Virus record (IMG/VR): IMGVR_UViG_3300021178_000004
Location: 1-50,975 of that record
Length of the DNA: 50,975 nt
Direction: 5' to 3' (one strand)
From: a virus
Taxonomy: Duplodnaviria > Caudoviricetes
Shown piece by piece: positions 24,779 through 33,948 of the stretch. The position numbers were made by a program, and so were the translations under genes. Under the pieces are notes generated by a model. That model was given only the letters and a program-made list of their open reading frames with translations. It was not told where the DNA came from and ran no database searches. How positions within the stretch are numbered: position 1 is the stretch's first letter; each line of letters opens with the position of its first letter.

Positions 24779-25129
24779 TTAGGCTGAGGTGACTTTCGGT
24801 TGTGAGGGATCGGCAGCTACCGCTTTTACCTCAGGCGAGGCAGCAGGGCTGACCTTAACAGAAACACCTGGAACCGCAGCGGCAGCTGTAACCTGAGCAA
24901 CCGCACTGGACTTATGCGCTGCCCACCAGCCCATTGCAATAGTAATCAGCGGCCCAGCACCGATACTGATTTCCTTAATACCGTTAAAGATATGCCCAAG
25001 GGAATCGTTCACGGTAGTAAGATCAACCCCTTGAACCGATGTGATTCCAAAGGCTGTTGCCGCTCCCATTAGGAAGGAGACAGCGTGGCGGCTTGAGGCC
25101 AAGGCCTGGTCAACAGTAGGTAGATTCAT
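24779..25129 (-). CDS. putative holin
   Basis: Two hydrophobic segments; immediately downstream of the endolysin. Confidence 0.65.
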   Translation of the reverse strand: MNLPTVDQALASSRHAVSFLMGAATAFGITSVQGVDLTTVNDSLGHIFNGIKEISIGAGPLITIAMGWWAAHKSSAVAQVTAAAAVPGVSVKVSPAASPEVKAVAADPSQPKVTSA

Positions 25130-25130
25130 C

Positions 25131-25604
25131 TCATACTCCCTTTAAGAACAGTTCCCGTTCAGCCCTTCTTCGTCGAAGAAGGCCAGCCAACACCCGGCCA
25201 CCGGCGCGATCCCACATTAGAAGAGCATCGGCTGCTGCCTGCATGTGCCCAGAGTTGATGTCTCGCAAAGTGCTAGATCGTCCCAGGCCTCCGGTGTTGA
25301 AGTCAAAGCTAACTAGCGCATCGAATTGGTTCTGGTTAATCGGCACCTTTACCAAGTGGTTTACTTGCAATTCAACGCTAGCGAGATCGGAAGCTAAGAT
25401 AGCATCGGCTTCTTCTTTGGTGATCTCCATACCAATGTAGACATGTGGCGGACCGGCAGCATTTGTGTGTCCATAACCGATCGTCAGCGTGCCATGAACA
25501 GCTTGCCCAGGCTGAACGACATGATCGTTAGCATCATCGTAAGCCTTGAGGAATAGCCCCTCGAAGCCCTCGATGAACTTCCTGCCATTGTCTGAGGTCT
25601 TCAT
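25131..25604 (-). CDS. GH24 lysozyme (endolysin)
   Basis: FIEGFEG..AYDD..TIGYGHT, NQNQFDALVSFDFNTG, GLLRRRRAERELF; ATGA-coupled start at 25604. Confidence 0.95.
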   Translation of the reverse strand: MKTSDNGRKFIEGFEGLFLKAYDDANDHVVQPGQAVHGTLTIGYGHTNAAGPPHVYIGMEITKEEADAILASDLASVELQVNHLVKVPINQNQFDALVSFDFNTGGLGRSSTLRDINSGHMQAAADALLMWDRAGGRVLAGLLRRRRAERELFLKGV

Positions 25605-28600
25605 CTCCGATACTCCTTCAACGTTCCTCTCGTTAGCCCCCGAGACCAATCCATAAACCCTCTAGGATGCTCAAGGCCTTGATGATAGCGGTATAGGAAC
25701 TCGGCCGTGCGGCCTTCTTGGGCGTTGGTGAGGCCGGATAAGGTGCCTACGGCGGTGAAGGTATGCTTGATCGCCCTTCCAGCCTCCTCTTTATTCATTA
25801 CCTTCTTGCCTTTGCCGAGGTCGCGAGAGATATCATAGATACTCTTGAAGGCTGTGGGGATTAGTCCGGCCCCGCCTTCGCGGGTATTGATAAATCCATC
25901 GACGAAGTCTCTGGCGCCAATGAATGAGGAGGAGATACCCTTAGCCATAGTCTTGGCTGCCTTCATTCCCCAAGAATCCCGCTCCGAGTTGGTATAAGGC
26001 GTGACCAACTCCTCTACTACGGCCGGGAAGATAACGTAGCTCACCAATCCCATCACCAACGCTGGGGTATGCTGCTTCGCCGCTGACAGGTCTCCAGCCT
26101 TCAGCCCTTGAAATGAGTCCGCCGCCTTCCAAGCTAGCTCGAATTGCTTATTAAGCATATGACTGAAGAAGCCGTAGAGCGAGGAGAAGGTAGCGCCAAG
26201 GGCATTGCTCCGCATGATCTGGGCACGGTTAGTGATAGCAGAGCTACCATGCGCTCGGCGAACGGCTCGATTGCCTTCGGCTACAGCTTGGCCGTGGTCA
26301 ATCCCTTCTTCAATCGCGGTGCGATACCGAGCTAGCCAAGTAGGAACGGCTGAGAGCAGGTCACCAACGGCGATAGGAGTGGAGCCAGCTGAGATCAACA
26401 TCTGACGAGGCGAGGCGCTCATTAAGGACATCTCTGGTTGGCCTTGTATAAGCTCAGACCAATTCCGCATTCGCCGCTGGAGTTCCTCGCTATGCTCCAT
26501 CGCGAACTGCCAGTTGTTCTTCCCAGCTACCTCCGAGTTCATCATCAAGCCGGAGAGTTCTCGCATGAAGTTAACCGGCCCGACTTCAGTCAAGCTATTC
26601 ACCGCTGCCGTCATACCATGCTTCATAACAGTGTGAGGGTTAAAGCCAACCAGGGTCGCGATAAGATTCTGTCTAAAGAACTCGATAGCCCTATTAGCCA
26701 CCCCAGCCGCATCGCTACCGCCCATATTATTAGAGTAGTTCGCCACGTCCTTTAAGAATGGCACCAGCTGCTTCGCGTAGACCTCGCCATAGTTCTTGAT
26801 CACGCTGCGCTGGAACTCACTATCGTAAAACACCTTGCTCGTCTGCAATACCGCTGGCCGAAAAGCAATATCATGGATCATCTGCTTGATTCGCATTGGG
26901 ACCACATCTAAGTTCAACTCAACCGGCGCGATATAACCTGTCCGACCTTTGGTGTATCCTTGCGGAGTAGTTGCTCTAAAATACCCTTCCTCTTCAAGCG
27001 CATTCGGTCCGATAAGTCTCTTGCTACGGCCTGGGCGATTTGGATCGTATTTGATTGGGTTGTACCAGCCCTCAGACATCCCGAATGGAGTTTGGATTGA
27101 TTCGAGCGGTATCTTCTCATACGTCACTCCTGAAACGTTCTCAGCCATGGTGTCAGCCATATCAGAGAGTTTAGCGAAGACCTTTCCAATACGTAATGCC
27201 CTATTCCAATCCCCATCAGTTAGAATGTTCTCCCTTGTCTTCTGGAATAGCCAGTTGATAACTTGCCATGGCTCAAGGCCAAAGCCTTTAGCTAACTTCT
27301 CTAAGTTACTTCTATTTCCAACGTTCTGTAATATACCTAATGCATTACGCTTGCGCATATCAAAGTGATCGCCGGTGAGCGGATCGACGAAGAGGTCGTT
27401 GGTTATTTTCTTGTCGATATCGGAGATGTCGCCTGCCGCCTCACGAAGCGTCACTTGGTACTCTCTAATGAGCTTCGCTTCATGATTGGCTGCTTCGGCA
27501 AGTGGATAGACGATATAGCGGTTGAATATTCCTCTGGGGTCATCTTTGTCCCAACGGTTAAGAAGGCTTTCCGTAGTGAGCGAACTGGCCCAATAAGTTC
27601 TAATCGTTCGTATTGCCGGATTAAGTTCTCTGTCGATTCGAGGAGCCTTGTCCTTGCCAAGGTCATCCAACTTCCCTTTCATCTCGCTGAGCACATCTTC
27701 CAAGTCCCGCTTCGCCCCCTCCACTTCAATCGACATCTCATCTCGGCCGTTATGCACCAAGGTCTTAATCGAGTTCATTACGGCTCGGTATTCTCCAACC
27801 GTCATATCCGCCGTCTGCTTCTTGTAATTAGAATTGTATAGGAACTCCGCTACCGGCATCTCGCGCAGGGCGTTCTCTTTAGCCTGAACAAACTGCTCTA
27901 GCCCACCGTAGCCATCACGAGCAAGGGCAGCTTGTAGGTCTTGAATGCTACGCCGAACTGGTCGGCCGATCTGAGTGAGAATTTGATGGATATAGTTAGT
28001 GTATTCCGGTAGAACTGACTTCACTTCCCTAGCAGAGAATTGCTTAGCTAGCTTCTCGAACCTCCGCTGCTCCTTCTCGAACTTCTTAGCCTCTTCAGCC
28101 ATTCGCATCGAGAGATACTGCTTCTGCTTCGCCTGAAAGGCCTCGTCAGGCTTATTATCCAGCAACGCTAGCTCCGCATCCGTCCCAGCCTTCCCTGCAT
28201 CACGGAGCATCTTCTCGACGGTGATTTGTCCAACAGGTGTGGTGTCGAACTTAGACTTGGCGAAGGACTTCGTATCCTCTTTAGTGAATGGAAGCTCTCG
28301 GTTCAGCCGCATTCCTAATCCAACCAACTCCTCATGCAATATATCCATCTGCGTTGAGCCGATAACATGCTCAATCGCTTCGTTCATAATGTTCTCTTCG
28401 AGATCGCCAAAGCGGCCGAGCATCCGTCTAGAGACTTCCTTACGAAGGATAGTATCAACGTATTGACGGAAGGGCATATCGCCTTTAGCGGCTTGAATCT
28501 GAGCGAGGACTTGAACGACCTCATCGCCAGAGCGAAGCCCAAAGGCTCCAGCGAGGTCATCGGGATCGATCCCACCACGGCCGTAGGTGACCTTTGGGAG

Positions 28601-31210
28601 TAGGGCTTTCTGCTCGGGCGATAGCTTAGTCGTATCGAGCTTTGGCGAGTCAGAGACCTTCACGCCATGGAGCCGGCCCTCATTAAAAAAGGTTCCAATG
28701 GCAATATCAGGCCGGCCTTGGAAATCGTTAGAGACCTCCTGATACATAGCGGAGGAATCCCGCTTCCACTGCTCCGTCTGCCGCTGCCGCTCCTCCCGCT
28801 CCGCTACCTTAAACTGCCGCTCCATGTCTTCAGCGTTGCGCTGTTCGATCAGCTTAAAGTACTTCTCTTGCCATCGTTTGTTCATGCCGATAGCCATTTT
28901 GCCGAAGAAGGGCTTGTCGCCTTCGGCAAAGTCAGGCTTAGGTTCAGCACGGAGCAAGTCCCCCTTACTAACCCCTTGCTCCTTTGCCATCTTCTCCAGA
29001 TTACTATTCACATCCTCGAGAATCTCGGAGAGCTTGAAGACTTGATCTAAGACGCTATCCTTTGGGACGCGGCCGAGCACTTTGTTGTAAAGGTCTTTGA
29101 CGATGACCCGAGTAGCATCCCAAGTGCTGACGACTTTATCCTTTAACTTTAGTGCATCAGCAATCTGCTGAACCACCTTAACTGTCTCAGGCGAAGCCGG
29201 AGCTTGTGCTAACCACTTCTGTAGCGCCGGGCGGGACTTAGTATCGGCTAGGAACTCATGGGAGTTCTTGAAAGCGTAATCAAAAGACTTACGGGCCTTA
29301 GCATCCTTACTACCGATATGTAAATCGGCGTCCTTCATAACCATCTTAACTGCGGCATCGAGCACAGGGTATTTATACAACGCAGCACTTGATAACGCGT
29401 GCTCAGCTTCGTGCATAATCACTCGCGAGGTATACCAAGGCGGATAGTTTCCGTTGACCATATCTTCGTCGAGAACGATATGGTTATGAAGGGCGCTATG
29501 ATAGCCGGGAGGCTGGCGTGGAAGGCCCTCTTCATTGCTTAATAGCTTTGTGATATCAGCCTCGGTTACGATATGAATAGGCGTATCTCCGACGAGTTCT
29601 TTGAAACGAGAGCCAAAGAACTGTTGAATAGCCTTAGTTCCTTCGTCCATCTTATCGAAGCTGACTTTATCTAATAGATCACCTAGCTTCATACCAGCTA
29701 TACGAGGAACGGTAACTGTCTTATCGCCTACTGTGTGTATTACCTCCCCACCACGCTCAGCGGTTTCGGGGAGGAGGGAAGGCCACTTGCCGCTAGGCTC
29801 GGCCTCTTGCCATCCCAACGGATTCGAGAATAGCGTATCCTGTACCCCGGCTACCCTCCTAACCCCCTCCACCTCATCCCTCGGCGGACTCCCACCTTCC
29901 GGCTCAAACTTCTCCTCCCTCTCCTTCGCCTCTGCTTCGCGCTTGGCGTCAAAGGCTTCGATCTCGTTGTTGGTTAGGCCTTGTGGGCGAACGCGGATGT
30001 CATCTCTTAGCGCCTTGGCAGTCTCAGGCTCAACCCTCGCTAGCCAATCCGCAAGCGGAACCTCCACGCTCCCGCCTGTAGCTTCAGCCGTCTCTAGCTG
30101 CTGGCGAAGCTCGGGAATCCAACCAAGCTTGCCATCATCAGGTTCAGGGAAGTCTTCGCCGTAGAGCTTGCGGACCGCTTCGGCATCGATCTCAATCTTG
30201 CCATCGCCGACGATCTGTTTGACCAGATTGCCGAATAGCTCAGGCGACCTCTCGCGGGTCTTAGATTTATTCGCCGTCTGCAAGGCCTGATCCAGTGACT
30301 TCAGGTCAGTCTTTGATTGTTCCTTAATAGCATCGTTCCAATAATCATGAACGCCGCGAGGGATCGGTTGACCATTCTCAATCCAAGGTCTAGCAGCCTC
30401 GACAGCCGTAGCTATCTTTTCTAATTCGGGGAGGAATTCTTCTGGCACTACCCTCTTTGGAAACCAATATTCTGTGTGCGGATATATATGTGACCTGCCA
30501 CCAAACGGAGCTTCTGTTGCGTGAGGAGCCATTCCATGTGAAGCGAAATCGGTCATCTTCCATTCAATAAAGCCGCCAAGGGTATTAGCATAGCGATTAG
30601 CATCGTCCTCAGGCACACCCTCCTGAACCATCGCGTCCTTGAATGCTGCTGGAACCATATGACCAAAGCCGGATAGACCTTTCAAAGCTGTCTCTAGCCC
30701 CCACCCACCATAAGAAGCCAACGCTGATAGCATAGGATACTGTTGGGCATCCTCTGGCTTAATCCATTCAGCTATCTGCCATGGCCAGCGGAATCTACCA
30801 GAGCCCTCAAAGAATGCGTCAAACTTCTCACGCTCTTGTTGAATCCTTTCAGGGGTATCGGGAGCAAGTTGCGCTGCAAACCGAGATGATATACCTTTAA
30901 CGGAATCGGTAACAGCATCAAGGTTATGGAAATCGTCATGGCTGACCTTGGCGGCCATGGGCTCCGAATTGATATAGTCCTGAAGGATAGGATTCTGACT
31001 AATCAGCTGACTATTCAGTTGAGCTTTATGCTGTCGCTCGAAGCCTTCTAGATCACCGTGGATAACCGAAGCCGGAACGCCGGTCTCTAGCGCTAGCTGT
31101 TGGGCCCTCGCAGCATCATCAGGGTTGTCATCTAAAGCGGCGGTAGCCGACGCCTTAGCTTGACGCTGATCATTCAACCAAGCATCGGAGATATCAGTGA
31201 TCTCGCTCAC
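25601..31210 (-). CDS. large internal virion (ejection) protein with a zincin-like domain
   Basis: 1869 aa, largely helical; last structural gene; HEAEH motif. Confidence 0.8.
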   Translation of the reverse strand: MSEITDISDAWLNDQRQAKASATAALDDNPDDAARAQQLALETGVPASVIHGDLEGFERQHKAQLNSQLISQNPILQDYINSEPMAAKVSHDDFHNLDAVTDSVKGISSRFAAQLAPDTPERIQQEREKFDAFFEGSGRFRWPWQIAEWIKPEDAQQYPMLSALASYGGWGLETALKGLSGFGHMVPAAFKDAMVQEGVPEDDANRYANTLGGFIEWKMTDFASHGMAPHATEAPFGGRSHIYPHTEYWFPKRVVPEEFLPELEKIATAVEAARPWIENGQPIPRGVHDYWNDAIKEQSKTDLKSLDQALQTANKSKTRERSPELFGNLVKQIVGDGKIEIDAEAVRKLYGEDFPEPDDGKLGWIPELRQQLETAEATGGSVEVPLADWLARVEPETAKALRDDIRVRPQGLTNNEIEAFDAKREAEAKEREEKFEPEGGSPPRDEVEGVRRVAGVQDTLFSNPLGWQEAEPSGKWPSLLPETAERGGEVIHTVGDKTVTVPRIAGMKLGDLLDKVSFDKMDEGTKAIQQFFGSRFKELVGDTPIHIVTEADITKLLSNEEGLPRQPPGYHSALHNHIVLDEDMVNGNYPPWYTSRVIMHEAEHALSSAALYKYPVLDAAVKMVMKDADLHIGSKDAKARKSFDYAFKNSHEFLADTKSRPALQKWLAQAPASPETVKVVQQIADALKLKDKVVSTWDATRVIVKDLYNKVLGRVPKDSVLDQVFKLSEILEDVNSNLEKMAKEQGVSKGDLLRAEPKPDFAEGDKPFFGKMAIGMNKRWQEKYFKLIEQRNAEDMERQFKVAEREERQRQTEQWKRDSSAMYQEVSNDFQGRPDIAIGTFFNEGRLHGVKVSDSPKLDTTKLSPEQKALLPKVTYGRGGIDPDDLAGAFGLRSGDEVVQVLAQIQAAKGDMPFRQYVDTILRKEVSRRMLGRFGDLEENIMNEAIEHVIGSTQMDILHEELVGLGMRLNRELPFTKEDTKSFAKSKFDTTPVGQITVEKMLRDAGKAGTDAELALLDNKPDEAFQAKQKQYLSMRMAEEAKKFEKEQRRFEKLAKQFSAREVKSVLPEYTNYIHQILTQIGRPVRRSIQDLQAALARDGYGGLEQFVQAKENALREMPVAEFLYNSNYKKQTADMTVGEYRAVMNSIKTLVHNGRDEMSIEVEGAKRDLEDVLSEMKGKLDDLGKDKAPRIDRELNPAIRTIRTYWASSLTTESLLNRWDKDDPRGIFNRYIVYPLAEAANHEAKLIREYQVTLREAAGDISDIDKKITNDLFVDPLTGDHFDMRKRNALGILQNVGNRSNLEKLAKGFGLEPWQVINWLFQKTRENILTDGDWNRALRIGKVFAKLSDMADTMAENVSGVTYEKIPLESIQTPFGMSEGWYNPIKYDPNRPGRSKRLIGPNALEEEGYFRATTPQGYTKGRTGYIAPVELNLDVVPMRIKQMIHDIAFRPAVLQTSKVFYDSEFQRSVIKNYGEVYAKQLVPFLKDVANYSNNMGGSDAAGVANRAIEFFRQNLIATLVGFNPHTVMKHGMTAAVNSLTEVGPVNFMRELSGLMMNSEVAGKNNWQFAMEHSEELQRRMRNWSELIQGQPEMSLMSASPRQMLISAGSTPIAVGDLLSAVPTWLARYRTAIEEGIDHGQAVAEGNRAVRRAHGSSAITNRAQIMRSNALGATFSSLYGFFSHMLNKQFELAWKAADSFQGLKAGDLSAAKQHTPALVMGLVSYVIFPAVVEELVTPYTNSERDSWGMKAAKTMAKGISSSFIGARDFVDGFINTREGGAGLIPTAFKSIYDISRDLGKGKKVMNKEEAGRAIKHTFTAVGTLSGLTNAQEGRTAEFLYRYHQGLEHPRGFMDWSRGLTRGTLKEYRR

Positions 31211-32946
31211 TTCTCACCGCCAGCGCTGGGTGCAGCTGTATCATAGAGGCGTTTGTACTTCTCGCGAATATAGGCGCGGATAATCTGCTCATCAGTCGGC
31301 TGGGCGGTTGGGTCCTTAGATTTAATATCATCCTTTATCATATCAATAGTTTCCTGCGGTGGCGACAGTTCAAAAGTTCTAATCTGATTGGTGCCCCAGA
31401 ACCTCCCCGGCTGGGCCTGCTCTTGCAGTAATCTGCGCCCAATCGCCTGAACCTCCTCAGGCTTCGGGGCCTTCTTATTCTCGGTCTGGTAATCCTGAAG
31501 CTGGTCGAACAAAGCGCCAGTATATTTGTAGAAGGTTGTTGGATCGGCTGACTTGGATATCCCAGCAGCTTGGAGATCAGGGCCGAGTATCTGCAAGGCT
31601 CTAGTCAGCCTCGGGTCCTGCACCGCCGACTTCTTGACTTGACCTTGCAAGCCGATTAGATACTTCTTATCAGCAATATTCAACCCCTCATTACCGAGAA
31701 CATCAGCATCTAAAAACGCCGCAGGGTCGGTCTGAGCCATTCCAACATACTTCTGGCGCTCGACCAAACTCTCCGCCGGAGGAATGCGATCGCCGGTGCG
31801 TTGAATCTGGGACATCACGTTTAGGTAGTGCCGCTGAGTGCTTGGCTTTAGTGAGGACCAAGCAGCGTCAGCGTCAGGTATAGCCCGAAGCTCATCGACT
31901 GTTACAGGAACCTTGCCATAGTTCCCAACTAGGGCCCCTTCGATCGTTTGCTTATTCTGGAACTCTGTATCCCGTTGAACCTGCTTCCAACGATTGTATC
32001 CGGCCTCGACCTGAGCCTCAGCATACGCTGGGAGCAGCTGATCGTTCGGCACTTGCTTAGCTGCAAGCTCCCTAACATCCTTGATCCTATCCGTCAGCGG
32101 TCGATGATCTTCCATATCAGGATCGTTTAGATCAGCATTCACTTGAAGAGCAAGCATCCTAGCGCCGGTGGTTCGCTGAGCCTGTTGAACGGAGTTCTCT
32201 ACACGAGTGATATCTTCACCATGGAGGCGGTCGCGATATTGCTCCAATAACTCCCCAGCCTTCCAAGGCTCCTGCTTAGCCCGGCCGGTGATCAAGTGAG
32301 ATAGCTGATGTGAGGTATACTTGTCCTCTAGCTCCTTCGTAGCGATAGGATCGAGACCTTGTGCGGCTGCGACGGTATGAGCGGAGGTACGAGCCTTGTC
32401 TAGATAAACATCTAGGCCCTGTTCATTCGGATTGTTATAAAGATCATCTGCATCTTGCGCCACCTGCGCTTGAGCGGACTTAACCGACGCCTGCTTCATC
32501 TGCTGCGCCGAGTGCCCAGCGCCGTTGAAGATAGAGCGGGCTAGAACTGAGAGAGCTTGAGAGTCATATCGGCGGCGGGCATCATCGTTAGGCAAGGCTG
32601 CCCGGCCCTTCTGGTACACATCCCTTAGATCACTAGTATACTGCTCTAACGCCTTTGGCCCCGCATTCACCCCCTCTAACGCCGAGAACTTAGCATGCAA
32701 ATTTCCCATATCAATCGACGCTTGAACATCAGCATTCCTCGCCGCTGTCTCGTTCTGCATCTCCTGAAGAGCAATAGCTCGATTGAATATCTTATCGCTA
32801 TCAGCTTCTAACCCCTTGCCAAATCCCTCAATAGCCTGACCAACATTAGCTCCAAAGGCCTCGCTAGGCGTATTCAGCCGAAGGGTCGGGGTGCCTTGGG
32901 TTGAAGGCTGGGCGGTGGGATAAGGTACGTACGGTACTTGGGGCAT
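31207..32946 (-). CDS. internal virion (ejection) protein
   Basis: MPQVP..AFGA N-terminus, helical; position equivalent to T7 gp15. Confidence 0.75.
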   Translation of the reverse strand: MPQVPYVPYPTAQPSTQGTPTLRLNTPSEAFGANVGQAIEGFGKGLEADSDKIFNRAIALQEMQNETAARNADVQASIDMGNLHAKFSALEGVNAGPKALEQYTSDLRDVYQKGRAALPNDDARRRYDSQALSVLARSIFNGAGHSAQQMKQASVKSAQAQVAQDADDLYNNPNEQGLDVYLDKARTSAHTVAAAQGLDPIATKELEDKYTSHQLSHLITGRAKQEPWKAGELLEQYRDRLHGEDITRVENSVQQAQRTTGARMLALQVNADLNDPDMEDHRPLTDRIKDVRELAAKQVPNDQLLPAYAEAQVEAGYNRWKQVQRDTEFQNKQTIEGALVGNYGKVPVTVDELRAIPDADAAWSSLKPSTQRHYLNVMSQIQRTGDRIPPAESLVERQKYVGMAQTDPAAFLDADVLGNEGLNIADKKYLIGLQGQVKKSAVQDPRLTRALQILGPDLQAAGISKSADPTTFYKYTGALFDQLQDYQTENKKAPKPEEVQAIGRRLLQEQAQPGRFWGTNQIRTFELSPPQETIDMIKDDIKSKDPTAQPTDEQIIRAYIREKYKRLYDTAAPSAGGEK

Positions 32947-33542
32947 CAGGGCGTCATCCCGCCAGCTACACCTGGATCAAAGCTAAAGCTACCAGAGCCA
33001 CTCCCTCCAAACACACCAGTCTGCTGACCTTTCAACCACTTATCCGCTACGCTAGTGCCGCCACTGAGGATAGAGGATAAGGCCCCAATACCCCCACTAG
33101 TCTTGGCTGAGGTAGCTGCCATTCCATAAAGCCCAGCCTGAGCCACGTCCTGCGTTGCCTCGACCTCGTAGCCGTAGGCCTTCCTTGCAGCGTTGGCTCG
33201 GATTATATTCTCGTCCTGTTGGCCGATCTCGATCTCGCTAGTTCGGACATCGCTCGCAGAGCCTCTGTTAACATCCAATCCACTCGATGCCTGCGCGGCT
33301 ACAGTTGCCCCAACCTGCGCCCGAGTCTTCATTCCGGATTCCTGGGCCTCGACTTCGCCAACGTTGCGCTCGTAATCAGCGTTCTGGAGATTGATCTGTT
33401 GATTTATCTTTGCTACGCCAGCTTGGTAGTCATACATATTGGCCTGAGCTTGACCCTTGTAGGCCGAGCCAAAGGCCGAGAGCAAGCTCCCAGCAACCGT
33501 GCCGCCCATTGAGGCCATGGCTAAGGTACTAGGGTCAGCCAT
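32946..33542 (-). CDS. internal virion protein (T7 gp14-like)
   Basis: Gly/Ala-rich hydrophobic ends; ASSGLDVNRGSA motif; synteny. Confidence 0.75.
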   Translation of the reverse strand: MADPSTLAMASMGGTVAGSLLSAFGSAYKGQAQANMYDYQAGVAKINQQINLQNADYERNVGEVEAQESGMKTRAQVGATVAAQASSGLDVNRGSASDVRTSEIEIGQQDENIIRANAARKAYGYEVEATQDVAQAGLYGMAATSAKTSGGIGALSSILSGGTSVADKWLKGQQTGVFGGSGSGSFSFDPGVAGGMTP

Positions 33543-33948
33543 TCTTCCGCCTTATCACAAACGGCACCAGCTTCCCTTGCGGCTTCTCGAACTCCGCTCC
33601 AAGCCACTTCATCCAGCGGATAGCTCGGTCATCTCCGGCCTTACAATGGCCAGTTAGGGCCTCGAACTCTTCGAGCATCCGCTGGATCATATGCTGAGAA
33701 TATCGAACAAGAATAAAGGTATGTTCGTCTGCGACCTCGGTTGTGTAAAGCCAGATATAGGCTTGGCTTGACATTATTGTCGGTGGGACAAGGCCCCAGA
33801 TACAAGCGACTTCGCCATCGATCTTCCCGCAGTAGGCCGTACCTGTAGCTCGTAGGCACGTATCCATAATGCTCTGCTCGTGCTCTAACATTGCACGCAT
33901 TGCTTCTCTGATATCAGAACTCGTTGGGTTAGATATCGTTACCGTCAT
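33535..33948 (-). CDS. GNAT-like virion assembly protein (T7 gp13 / DUF2833-like)
   Basis: AIRWMKWLGAEF motif; follows tail tubular B. Confidence 0.75.
   Translation of the reverse strand: MTVTISNPTSSDIREAMRAMLEHEQSIMDTCLRATGTAYCGKIDGEVACIWGLVPPTIMSSQAYIWLYTTEVADEHTFILVRYSQHMIQRMLEEFEALTGHCKAGDDRAIRWMKWLGAEFEKPQGKLVPFVIRRKNG

Noticed and set aside
25601-31210. Virion RNA polymerase in the 1869-aa protein
   Set aside because: No single-subunit or multi-subunit RNAP catalytic motifs recognised; shorter than N4-type vRNAP
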